Below are positions 34,253 to 43,560 of a stretch of DNA of 64,000 nt, one piece after another. Made by a program: the position numbers and the translations under genes. The stretch is from a bacterium. Its GTDB lineage: Bacteria > Margulisbacteria > Marinamargulisbacteria > SXXA01. Location of the stretch: contig CANIAP010000008.1 of NCBI GenBank assembly GCA_947465765.1, positions 3,152 through 67,151 on the forward strand, read 5' to 3'. The first letter of the stretch is position 1. Each line of letters starts with the position of its first letter. The notes below the pieces were generated by a model. It worked only from the letters and a program-made list of their open reading frames with translations. It had not been told where the DNA came from and made no database searches.

Positions 34253-35252
34253 CGGTCTCCTGGATAATGGTGGCCATCGCAGTCACCCAATCGGCCCCGT
34301 CATTCAAGCACGGAATCATTTGCATTTCGGTCCCCCCCTCCGCTAAAAATTGAGCCCGCCCACGATCGCCTATTTCCTCAATGGTTTCTAAACAATCCGC
34401 CACAAATGCCGGACATACCACCCCCAATCGCTTGACCCCACGCGCAGCTAATTCGGGGATCACCTTATCCGTAAAGGGGGTCAACCACGGGTCTTTCCCC
34501 AATCGAGACTGAAACGACAATGACCACTGATCACTCGAAAGCCCCAGTTGATCGACCACCCGTTGCGTCGTCGTCCGAACCTGATGGCGATAACAGGTCG
34601 CATGCGCCGCGGATGGTTTTTCACAACAACCCGCCGTCAAACAATGGGCGCCGGTCGGATCTGTTTTTCTAAGGTGCCGCTCAGGAAGCCCATGATAACT
34701 AAACAAAATATGATCCACTTCCGACACATACGGCCGCATCTGTTGGGTCAATGCCGCAATATACAACGGGTGCTCAAAAAACGGGGGCACCACGGATCGT
34801 TCCATCGCCGGAGCGAGTCGGTTAAGCACTGATTCAAATTCAACAACGGCGGTGGTCACACTCGACATTGCGAAGTGCGGATACATCGGCACCAACGCAA
34901 TTCGATCCACATTCTTGGACAATAACGCGTTCACCCCGAACTCCATGGAGGGTGAGCCATACCGCATCGCTAACGCCACCGGCTCAGTCTTTTTCTCTTG
35001 CAATGCCGCCACAAATCGACGACTCATCGTCACCAAAGGCGATCCCTCCGCCGTCCACACACTCTGATACGCCTCCGCAGACGCGTGGGGGCGGGTCGGC
35101 AAAATCGCCAATTCCACGATGAGAAACCGAAGCCACACCGGGATATCTATAACATAAGGATCCATCAAAAACTGACGCAAATATCGCCGCACATCCTTGA
35201 CGGACGGCGAGTCTGGCGACCCTAAATTGGCAATTAAAATACCCGTTTTCAT
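34236..35252 (-). CDS. hemH: Ferrochelatase
   Basis: ANLGSPDSP, AMRYGSP, FSYHGLP, SFQSRLG..PWL.P, F.ADCLETIEEI; start ATG 35252. Confidence 0.96.
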   Translation of the reverse strand: MKTGILIANLGSPDSPSVKDVRRYLRQFLMDPYVIDIPVWLRFLIVELAILPTRPHASAEAYQSVWTAEGSPLVTMSRRFVAALQEKKTEPVALAMRYGSPSMEFGVNALLSKNVDRIALVPMYPHFAMSSVTTAVVEFESVLNRLAPAMERSVVPPFFEHPLYIAALTQQMRPYVSEVDHILFSYHGLPERHLRKTDPTGAHCLTAGCCEKPSAAHATCYRHQVRTTTQRVVDQLGLSSDQWSLSFQSRLGKDPWLTPFTDKVIPELAARGVKRLGVVCPAFVADCLETIEEIGDRGRAQFLAEGGTEMQMIPCLNDGADWVTAMATIIQETVAATL

Positions 35253-35259
35253 AATAAAC

Positions 35260-35268
35260 AATTTACCA
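35260..35268 (-). promoter_or_regulatory. Extended -10 promoter (likely leaderless hemH mRNA)
   Basis: TGgTAAATT, 7 nt upstream of ATG 35252. Confidence 0.55.
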
Positions 35269-35336
35269 GAGTATCCCCGACCCAACAAAATCAATCATTT
35301 AATCGATGTCACTTTTAATATACACTACTTCCTACA

Positions 35337-35912
35337 ATGACAAACAAGACTTTGATAATATGGGGATCTGTCGCCATCTTCGGGCTTGGAATTGGCATTC
35401 GAATCGCCCTGCCTACCGCCGTCCCAACAGCGGACGCCACCCCCACTGTTCTGCGACCGACACCTCACCCACACCTCGCCCCCGCACCGGTGATAATTCA
35501 AGTTCAAGTGTCGGGAGCAGTCGCCAAACCGGGCGTATTTTCGGTCAGCAAAGGAACGCGAGTCCAGGAGGTCATTGAAATGGCGGGAGGATCCTTTCCC
35601 GATGCCGACGACAGCGCCATCAATTACTCCGGAAAAGTCCGTGACGGCCAACACGTTCATATTCCCCCGGTCAAAATTCACCCAATATCCCGACACGACT
35701 CCGCCCATCAGACCCCCTCGAAATTCAATATCAACACGGCAACCGCCCAACAGCTAGCCGATCATTTTGATATTTCCAAAAAAAGCGGGGCCACGATTAT
35801 CCGTTATCGATCCCGAATGGGGTGGATCCAAGGAGAGACGGAACTGGCCTCACTAGAGGATCTCCCCACGAAGGACCGGTCGAAATTCAGATCGGAATAC
35901 CGCCCCCATTAA
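35337..35912 (+). CDS. comEA: ComEA-like protein (TM + SLBB + degenerate HhH)
   Basis: VQVSGAVAKPGVF...RVQEVIEMAGG, VRDGQHVHIP, NINTATAQQL. Confidence 0.8.
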   Translation: MTNKTLIIWGSVAIFGLGIGIRIALPTAVPTADATPTVLRPTPHPHLAPAPVIIQVQVSGAVAKPGVFSVSKGTRVQEVIEMAGGSFPDADDSAINYSGKVRDGQHVHIPPVKIHPISRHDSAHQTPSKFNINTATAQQLADHFDISKKSGATIIRYRSRMGWIQGETELASLEDLPTKDRSKFRSEYRPH

Positions 35913-35935
35913 CGCTTTTATCGAACCCAGCCGTA

Positions 35936-35944
35936 TGTTATAGT
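35936..35944 (+). promoter_or_regulatory. Extended -10 promoter for tRNA-Gly/tig
   Basis: TGtTATAGT, 11 nt before the tRNA 5' end. Confidence 0.55.
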
Positions 35945-35955
35945 CTCCGCACCTT

Positions 35956-36031
35956 GCGGGATTAGCTCAGTTGGTAGAGCGTCTGCTTGCCAAGCAGAAG
36001 GTCGCCAGTTCGAATCTGGTATCCCGCTCCA
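35956..36031 (+). tRNA. tRNA-Gly(GCC)
   Basis: Acceptor stem GCGGGAT/ATCCCGC, anticodon arm TCTGC-TT-GCC-AA-GCAGA, TTCGAAT T-loop, U73, encoded CCA; 76 nt. Confidence 0.97.
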
Positions 36032-36049
36032 TTATAACCAGGTGGGTCT

Positions 36050-37339
36050 ATGAAAATTTTAAACTCCAAAAAACAAGGAAATGTCATTTTCCTCGAACTC
36101 GAACAGCCCCCTGAAGCGATCAAGTCCAATGTGGACACCGCGTTCAAAAGGGTCGTGAAAGATGTTCGAATCCCCGGATTTCGGAAGGGCAAAATCACCC
36201 GATCTATGTATGAAAAATACTTCGGAACGGATTCCATCGTCCGCGAGGGAATTATAGATGCAGTCAACGCCGCCTACGCAGAAGCCGTTCAACTCCTGGA
36301 TCTTCGCGTCATTGATTTCCCTAGAAACATCAAAATCGGCGACTATAAAGAAAACGAAGCCGTTCAATTCTCCTGCGAGGTCGACATCCTGCCCGAAGCC
36401 AAATTGGGAAGCTACAAAGGACTCGAAATCACGGTAACCAAAGATGCGGTCACCGATGATACCGTGAATGAACAGGTCAACCGACTTCGCGACAGCTACG
36501 CCACCTATGAACCAGTGGACCGTCCGGCCCAAGCAAATGATGTCGTTACCGCGAATATCTCCGCCACCCTTGACGGAGAGCCTTATGGGAACTGGACCCG
36601 AGACGGTGCCGGCATTCGACTCGGCATTGGCAGCTTTGGCCCCGAGTTTGACGAGCAAGTCATAGGAATGTCAAAAACTGAGTCCAAAACATTTAGCACC
36701 GTGTTACCCGATGATTTTTCGAACAAAGAAACCGCCGGGAAACCGGCTGAATTTAACGTCACAATCGATGAAGTTCGCGAAAAACGACTCCCAGAGATCA
36801 CTGACGAATTCGCCGCTAAAGTATCGGAGCATTCTACCGCCGATGAATTCCTGACCCAAACCCGGGTCAAATTAGAAACCCAATCCACTGAGAAATACGA
36901 TGGAGAAGTCCGCAACGCACTGATCACCGCATTGATAAACGCCACCGAAATTGAGGTGCAACCTGTACTCGTCCAACGCGAAGTCACTCAATTGATCACC
37001 GAGTTTGAATCCAATGTTAAACGCATCGGATATACCCTTGAGCAATATCTAAAGACGATCGACGGAAGTATCGAAAAACTGAGAGAAAACTACCTTGAAA
37101 CCGCCGAAAAACGAGTCAAGGCGGACCTCATATTGGCGGCCACTGCAGACCAAGAAAAAATTGAAGCGTCAGAGGATGATCTTCGCAATGAAATCATGGG
37201 TTGGAATGAACCTGAATTATCCACCGATAGCCAAGTCACTTCATACCTCCGCAGCATTGACCAAGAACGGCTAAAATATTCGATCCGACGCGAAAAAACG
37301 CTCGATTTTCTAGTGGCTCACGCTGTCATCAAAAATTAA
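36050..37339 (+). CDS. tig: Trigger factor
   Basis: IPGFRKGK ribosome-binding motif, FKBP-like middle domain, upstream of clpP. Confidence 0.96.
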   Translation: MKILNSKKQGNVIFLELEQPPEAIKSNVDTAFKRVVKDVRIPGFRKGKITRSMYEKYFGTDSIVREGIIDAVNAAYAEAVQLLDLRVIDFPRNIKIGDYKENEAVQFSCEVDILPEAKLGSYKGLEITVTKDAVTDDTVNEQVNRLRDSYATYEPVDRPAQANDVVTANISATLDGEPYGNWTRDGAGIRLGIGSFGPEFDEQVIGMSKTESKTFSTVLPDDFSNKETAGKPAEFNVTIDEVREKRLPEITDEFAAKVSEHSTADEFLTQTRVKLETQSTEKYDGEVRNALITALINATEIEVQPVLVQREVTQLITEFESNVKRIGYTLEQYLKTIDGSIEKLRENYLETAEKRVKADLILAATADQEKIEASEDDLRNEIMGWNEPELSTDSQVTSYLRSIDQERLKYSIRREKTLDFLVAHAVIKN

Positions 37340-37364
37340 TTAACTAAAAAAAAGAGGTAACGCC

Positions 37365-37970
37365 ATGGGCTTAGTTCCAATTGTTGTTGAACAAACCGGT
37401 CGTGGGGAACGGTCATATGATATTTATTCACGACTTCTCAAAGAACGGATTATATTTTTATCCGAAGCCATTGATGACCATACCGCCAACCTTATTATCG
37501 CTCAGCTACTGTTTTTAGACGCCGAAGATAGCGACAAAGAATGTTACATGTATATCAACAGCCCCGGAGGCGTCGTCACCTCTGGACTCGCGATTTATGA
37601 CACGATGCAGTACATCAAAACCAAAGTATCCACCATCTGTTTGGGCCAAGCGGCCTCAATGGGCGCGGTCCTATTGGCTGCCGGAGAACCGGGTCGTCGC
37701 TTCGCACTTCCCAATGCTCGTATTATGATTCACCAGCCATTGGGTGGGGCTCAAGGTCAGGCCACCGACATCGAAATCCAAACTCAAGAGATTTTGCGTT
37801 TAAAACTGTCCTTGAACACCATTTTGGCCAAGCACACCAAACAAACCATCAAGACCATTGAAAAAGACACCGATCGTGACAACTTCAAGAGTGCGGAAGA
37901 AGCGGTAAAGTACGGACTCATTGACTCCGTCATTACCTACAACCAAGCCGCAAAAATTACCAAAAAATAA
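37365..37970 (+). CDS. clpP: Clp protease proteolytic subunit
   Basis: [33 protein letters not shown]. Confidence 0.98.
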   Translation: MGLVPIVVEQTGRGERSYDIYSRLLKERIIFLSEAIDDHTANLIIAQLLFLDAEDSDKECYMYINSPGGVVTSGLAIYDTMQYIKTKVSTICLGQAASMGAVLLAAGEPGRRFALPNARIMIHQPLGGAQGQATDIEIQTQEILRLKLSLNTILAKHTKQTIKTIEKDTDRDNFKSAEEAVKYGLIDSVITYNQAAKITKK

Positions 37971-39286
37971 TGACCAAGTCCTCTACGCCTACCTGTTCAT
38001 TTTGCGGAAAACCACAACCGATGGTTACCACGCTAGTCATTGGCCCAGATGCCAACATTTGCGACCAGTGCGTACGGGTGTGTTTGGATATTACCGGCGG
38101 ACCGACTGATGCCACGGCGACAACGGCCACAGAAACACCCCCCTCTACCGAAAGCCCATTAAAAGTGGCGGACACCCCAGTATCTCAGTCGTCGACGCCG
38201 ATTGATCCGCCCAAACCCGCTGAAATCTACGCCTTTTTAGATCAGTACATTATTGGGCAAACCCAAGCCAAACGGATTTTGTCTGTGTCGGTTTACAACC
38301 ATTACAAACGTTTGTTTGGAGCAGAGCCGGAAGGATTCGACGGTGTCGAAATCCAAAAAAGCAACGTCTTGCTGGTGGGGGCAACCGGAACCGGAAAAAC
38401 CTTGTTTGCCCAGACATTGGCCCGACTACTCAATGTGCCGTTTACCATCGCTGACGCCACGACAATCACCGAAGCAGGCTACGTCGGGGAAGACGTTGAG
38501 AGTATGTTGTTCCGACTCCTTCAGGTTGCGAACCATGACGTCAAACTCGCCGAATCTGGCATTATCTATATCGATGAAATTGATAAAATTTCCCGAAAAT
38601 CCGAGAACCCGTCGATTACCCGAGATGTCTCTGGGGAAGGTGTTCAACAAGCGCTATTGAAGATGCTTGAAGGCTCATTGGTCAACGTCCCCGTTCGTGG
38701 CGGAAGAAAAAATCCCCAGGGCGAATTTATGACCGTCAATACCCAAAACATTTTATTCATTACTGGTGGGGCATTTCACGGAATTGAGTCGATTGTTCGA
38801 CAACGTCTAAACGAAAAACAAATTGGATTCTTATCGGAAACCGAAAAAGTAAAAGTATCGGAAACCGACATTTTTGAGCACATTCAAGTCGAAGATCTCC
38901 AAAAATTTGGGTTAATTCCCGAGCTTATCGGCCGGCTCCCCATCGTCGCCCCATTAAAAGAACTCGACGAAGATGCCTTGGTCAAAATTTTGACCAAGCC
39001 CAAAAATGCCATTACTAAGCAGTATGCCAAACTCTTAGCCATGGATAATGTGTCGATCCATTTTGAACCCAAAGCCCTCCGTAAGGTGGCCCAAATCGCG
39101 GTCCTCAAAAAAATGGGAGCTCGAGCGCTCCGTGCCATCATGGAGACGATTATGTTAGACACCATGTTTGCGGCCCCCGAAACACCCGGTATCAGCGTGA
39201 GCATTTCGGTCGCCGATGTCGACCGTTATGCAGATGAAAAACTATCTAAAACCCTTCGAAAGAAGCTGGAACACAAGGCCCATTAA
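37970..39286 (+). CDS. clpX: Clp protease ATP-binding subunit ClpX
   Basis: CSFCGK...ICDQC zinc finger, [29 protein letters not shown] loop. Confidence 0.97.
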   Translation: MTKSSTPTCSFCGKPQPMVTTLVIGPDANICDQCVRVCLDITGGPTDATATTATETPPSTESPLKVADTPVSQSSTPIDPPKPAEIYAFLDQYIIGQTQAKRILSVSVYNHYKRLFGAEPEGFDGVEIQKSNVLLVGATGTGKTLFAQTLARLLNVPFTIADATTITEAGYVGEDVESMLFRLLQVANHDVKLAESGIIYIDEIDKISRKSENPSITRDVSGEGVQQALLKMLEGSLVNVPVRGGRKNPQGEFMTVNTQNILFITGGAFHGIESIVRQRLNEKQIGFLSETEKVKVSETDIFEHIQVEDLQKFGLIPELIGRLPIVAPLKELDEDALVKILTKPKNAITKQYAKLLAMDNVSIHFEPKALRKVAQIAVLKKMGARALRAIMETIMLDTMFAAPETPGISVSISVADVDRYADEKLSKTLRKKLEHKAH

Positions 39287-40188
39287 TGGTTAGCAAAACC
39301 ATTCCCGCGTCCGTGACCCTTCTTCAGAAAGTGTCTGAAACGTTAGCGGGCTGGATTGACTGGATCCCATCGGAGGGACCGGAGTGGACTGCGGTTCGAC
39401 TGGGCCTAACGGGTTCCCCCACACCCGAATCCACACGGGTCCTACAAACCATGCTTCTGGCCACCTTAACGATGTTTGAAGGCGTGGGTACACCGTCCAT
39501 CGCGGGCGTATCCCCCACCGACAATGGGCTCACCATCCACTGGGTGGGAGGCTCCGCTGACACTCTCGTGTGGGGAGTCAATGACGCCCATTTTATTCGA
39601 TTTTCTCACTATGTGGCGAATCGGGTACTGGGGATCCCCTCCCAAGGCAAAAAAACCGCGGTGCATCCCAACCTTATCCCTGGAATCAAAACCAAATTGT
39701 CTTATTATTTATCGGCGTTGACGGTCACTGAATCCCGGATCACCGACTTGATCCGGTCCGATATTAGCCACAGTTTTGATGGTAAAGTCGATCCCGTTTT
39801 TCTTTTTGTAGTGATGGGCTGTCTTCCATTGGATCAGCTCAATGCGTTGTTCTTATATATTCAGCGATTTCTCCCTGACAATCTCAATATCAAAGGATCT
39901 AATGGGAAATCGATCGTGGTATCGCAGCTATTTCAGCCCGCCACCGACGTCCGATTTATGGTCGAAAAAACGAACTTGTACCTCGATCTCTTTAACTCCC
40001 CCAATTTGCCCATTATACGCGAAATTACCCGGGCAAAGACGATTGCCTATTTCCAGAAGCTAATGGCGACCCCCGCAGTAAAAGACGGGGTATTAGAGAA
40101 CCTTAAGGGCATCATTACGTATCAAATTACCCCCAGGGCCCAACTCTATGGGTTAGTGAACCGCATTATCGATCGGATTCAGAAATAA
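39286..40188 (+). CDS. Hypothetical protein coupled to clpX
   Basis: 300-aa ORF; TAATG overlap with the clpX stop. Confidence 0.8.
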   Translation: MVSKTIPASVTLLQKVSETLAGWIDWIPSEGPEWTAVRLGLTGSPTPESTRVLQTMLLATLTMFEGVGTPSIAGVSPTDNGLTIHWVGGSADTLVWGVNDAHFIRFSHYVANRVLGIPSQGKKTAVHPNLIPGIKTKLSYYLSALTVTESRITDLIRSDISHSFDGKVDPVFLFVVMGCLPLDQLNALFLYIQRFLPDNLNIKGSNGKSIVVSQLFQPATDVRFMVEKTNLYLDLFNSPNLPIIREITRAKTIAYFQKLMATPAVKDGVLENLKGIITYQITPRAQLYGLVNRIIDRIQK

Positions 40189-40190
40189 CA

Positions 40191-40448
40191 ATGGCCAGTA
40201 TCGAGGCAATTCGTCGCATCCTTGAAACCGAACTCTCCCCCACAACGCTCGAAATCGTGGACGAAAGCCACGACCATCGGGGCCACTACACCAGCGACAG
40301 CATCGACCCGAGCCATCTCAAAATTCGGATTGGATCCGCGGCGTTTACTGGACTATCTCGGGTCAAACAGCATCAGTGGGTGAATCGGTTGCTGAAGCCT
40401 GCGTTTGATGAGGGGTTACATGCGTTGGGGTTGGAAATAAGCATCTAG
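40191..40448 (+). CDS. bolA: BolA family protein
   Basis: LEIVDESHDHRGH, SHLKIRI.S.AF.GLSRVKQHQ.V, GLHAL. Confidence 0.93.
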   Translation: MASIEAIRRILETELSPTTLEIVDESHDHRGHYTSDSIDPSHLKIRIGSAAFTGLSRVKQHQWVNRLLKPAFDEGLHALGLEISI

Positions 40449-40465
40449 AAAGTGTCCTTCTGCAT

Positions 40466-42184
40466 ATGACCGTGCCCCCTATTAAACAATTGATTCTAGG
40501 ACCGATCCCCGATCAGTATCATCCAGAATTGGATGTTGTGGTCTCATTCCATAGTTTTGTTAACCTCGAAAAGATTTACCCCACGTGGCATACACTGCCA
40601 ATTCTGACCGTACGCTATGACCAGCGTGCATTACTGGCATTTACCGATCAGTTTCTTGAGGACATCGTAATGCCGAATATCGCGGCCCATTTAAACCAAC
40701 TACACGGAGTTACCCGTTCGGCATTATTTTGGCGCGTGTTGGTGATGCCCTATGTCTTGGAATTATGGGGGATGATGATATCCGCCTTGTTACTCTTGAT
40801 CCCTGTGATTGACGCTCATCCCGAAGAAAAGATTCATGGGGAGCTACTCACGATTGACGGGAATTGGGATTTTGTCGATATTATCGATTTTAATCTACGA
40901 GGATTAAAAAACCCGACGTTTGTGTATTGGTTATTGAGCCAACTATGCATCCAATTCGCACCTAAACAGTGGCATCTTTCAGAACATCCTACCGCAGTCG
41001 ATCGACCCACTTTTACGGAATCTGCACCCCACTCGGACACCCGACGATTTCAAGGCGTAGAAGGATTTTCTGAACCCCAACGGGATTTATTCTCGTGGAT
41101 GCTTCGATTGAAATCATTCATTAAGCCGACAGCTCATCCCATTTCAGGACGCCGCCAGTCTCCCTACTTAAACGACGCCCCTATTTTTGACTCAGAGAAA
41201 TGGGAACTGGCACTACGAACGGTCCTTCCAACTTTTTTTAATGATATCCTTTTTCGAAATTTGCCATTAACAGTAACACGCAATTTTAAAGTATTTGATC
41301 AAAAAGCTAGGCAGCTCAAATATCGAAAAAATGCACTTCGTGTAATTCGAACCTCTTACTATCATCACGAAGAAGTTAAATATTATATGGCCCACGCACT
41401 CAACGCAGGAGAGGTCATCTTAGGGTCTCAACATGGCGGAACCTACGGGATCACCCAATATCATTTCACAAGTTCCATGCTCGAGATACGAGATCGATGG
41501 TTTGTGAGCTGGGGATGGCAAAATCAAGAAGGGATTTCTGAAAATATAATTCCCATGGCTTCACCCGAATTATCCAAAATACACAATCGCCACCTAAAAA
41601 AGTCAGAAGATATCGTTTGGATCGCTACCCACATGTGTGCGATCAGACTCGGAAGTCTTTATTCTGAATATCTGGGCTGGGACTGGGTACACCATATCAA
41701 CGATAAATTTCGCTTTTTAAGAACATTAGATCCAACACTGCATCAACGACTGTTATACAGACCTCACCCCGATACTCAGGGGTGTATAAATGAAATACCC
41801 TCTCTACATCGTGAATATCCATCCCTAAAAATCAGCTCAGGGGGAATACAAGAGACCGTGTTAGGTGCCGCATTGCTTATCTTCGACAATACCAGTACCA
41901 CCTTAAATTTTGTAATCGCAGCAAATACTCCGTTTATTTTGATTATTCCCAACGAGAATCGATTCTCAAGAGAATCAATTCCCGTATTTGATCAACTAGT
42001 GGCAGCCGGAATTGCATTTTTTTCCCCAGAATTAGCGGCCCAAGCGATTAATACAATGCCAAACATTGCTGAATGGTGGGCGAGCTCTACCGTCCAAAAG
42101 GCCCGTTGTGCATGGATGAATGCTTATGCACGAACAAGTCCAACCCCTTTTTGGGATTGGGCCCGAATGTTATGGAATACATAG
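40466..42184 (+). CDS. LIC12162-family putative glycan transferase
   Basis: LNQLHG...FWRVL, GSQHGGTYG, FVSWGW, YRPHP, STTLN; located in a sugar locus. Confidence 0.75.
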   Translation: MTVPPIKQLILGPIPDQYHPELDVVVSFHSFVNLEKIYPTWHTLPILTVRYDQRALLAFTDQFLEDIVMPNIAAHLNQLHGVTRSALFWRVLVMPYVLELWGMMISALLLLIPVIDAHPEEKIHGELLTIDGNWDFVDIIDFNLRGLKNPTFVYWLLSQLCIQFAPKQWHLSEHPTAVDRPTFTESAPHSDTRRFQGVEGFSEPQRDLFSWMLRLKSFIKPTAHPISGRRQSPYLNDAPIFDSEKWELALRTVLPTFFNDILFRNLPLTVTRNFKVFDQKARQLKYRKNALRVIRTSYYHHEEVKYYMAHALNAGEVILGSQHGGTYGITQYHFTSSMLEIRDRWFVSWGWQNQEGISENIIPMASPELSKIHNRHLKKSEDIVWIATHMCAIRLGSLYSEYLGWDWVHHINDKFRFLRTLDPTLHQRLLYRPHPDTQGCINEIPSLHREYPSLKISSGGIQETVLGAALLIFDNTSTTLNFVIAANTPFILIIPNENRFSRESIPVFDQLVAAGIAFFSPELAAQAINTMPNIAEWWASSTVQKARCAWMNAYARTSPTPFWDWARMLWNT

Positions 42185-42195
42185 CCAATTTTCAG

Positions 42196-42900
42196 TTAGT
42201 CCACAAACTTAGAAAGTGCAGGGAAATCATTGACGGTGACGCCGGCGTTGACCACATATGCCATCATGCGATGAAGATTTCTGTTATGGTTATTCCCCTG
42301 AAATAACTTAACCTTTACGTAGGGGACCCCAGCCATCACTAATTCTTCCGGATAAAAAAAGCATGGGTCAACGGGATAGGTTTTATATGACTGCGATCTA
42401 AACAATTGGGCAATCTTCGTCCTCCGATACTCCAACCCCAGTTCTGGAGGCGCAACAATAGCCGGTAAAAATCCTTGAGTCGCAAAATAGTCAGCCCATG
42501 TAGTTTCGTACGCGTTGATCACCGAGGACATCGTGGCAAACGGAATGATGTTGGAGAAAAAATCCCAAAAAAAAGTGCGTTGCAAGACGTCTTTTTTGAA
42601 GGCCAAAAAATAGGACTGAACATGATGTCGAGGGTGAAAATTTTCGGTCATTCCCCAAATCGAGTGGTCCGCCATTTTCTCAATTACCGACGAAAGAGGG
42701 GCCACCGGCCCTAGCAGACTAGAATTGGTCAATATAAGCTGATCGACTGCCTGCACTTGCTGGCGATGCTTAGTGAGATATGTACCCCATGCATAAAAAT
42801 CATACCCGACATTATGAGGTTGAAATACAATTTCCGAGACGTAAGGCCGAATGCGATCGCATTCGGTAACATCGGGCTTTGACGTGGTAATAAATACAAC
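42196..42900 (-). pseudogene. RgpF/rhamnan-synthesis-F-like gene lacking its 5' end
   Basis: The frame extends upstream of the track start (VVFITTSK...HNVGYDFYAWG...LILTNSS.LGP...WGMT...HVQSYFL) up to the TGA of the HAD gene with no start codon. Confidence 0.65.
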
Positions 42901-43560
42901 TCATAGTGTCGATATCATCTGATCCAGATCATCAAAATTTGAGACCGTCACAGATGCGTCAAACCCAGCCTTAGCCTGAACATGCCTGTGCTCTCCGGTT
43001 AACACCCTAATAGTAAGTACCCCTAGAGGATTGAGATTTACAAAGTCTTTGGCTGGATTATCTCCGATGTAAACCAGATCGGCCCAGCTACATTTCTCCA
43101 TTTCTTTAATTTTTTCAAAACAATAGGTCGACGGTTTCGCATGGGAAACCCCATATCGATGGGTAATTAATACCTTTTTAAACCATTTAGAAAGCCCTAA
43201 TGCATCTACTTTTTTTTGTTGCACCATTTTATTACCGTCCGTCACAACATATAACGGCCCGTTGTAAGTACGCAAAAATAGGGAAGCTGCCTCATCTAAA
43301 AAAATGTCAGGCCGATGCCCACGATATACGCCCAAACATTTCTCAGCGACCCCACGTAAAAGAACACCATTTCTTTCTAATACACGTTCAAATATATGAC
43401 CGCGCCCTTCAGTTTCGAGCAAATTCAACATAAGCTCCCGCAGTTCGCCCTCAGGCCATCCAAATTGCCCGGAAAGCCACTGTGCGACCGCGCGAAATCC
43501 GCTTTCTACGTAGGTCCGTTCGGGGTAAAGAGTATCGTCCAGATCAAATATTAGGATCAA
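42901..43560 (-). CDS. HAD-superfamily hydrolase/phosphatase
   Basis: IFDLDDTLY, VVTDG, AKP, YIGDNPAKDF; TTG start at 43560 overlapping the upstream stop. Confidence 0.9.
   Translation of the reverse strand: MILIFDLDDTLYPERTYVESGFRAVAQWLSGQFGWPEGELRELMLNLLETEGRGHIFERVLERNGVLLRGVAEKCLGVYRGHRPDIFLDEAASLFLRTYNGPLYVVTDGNKMVQQKKVDALGLSKWFKKVLITHRYGVSHAKPSTYCFEKIKEMEKCSWADLVYIGDNPAKDFVNLNPLGVLTIRVLTGEHRHVQAKAGFDASVTVSNFDDLDQMISTL

Noticed and set aside
35956-36031. tRNA-Gly as an integration site for an island
   Set aside because: No integrase and no duplicated tRNA 3' end were seen; tig follows directly.
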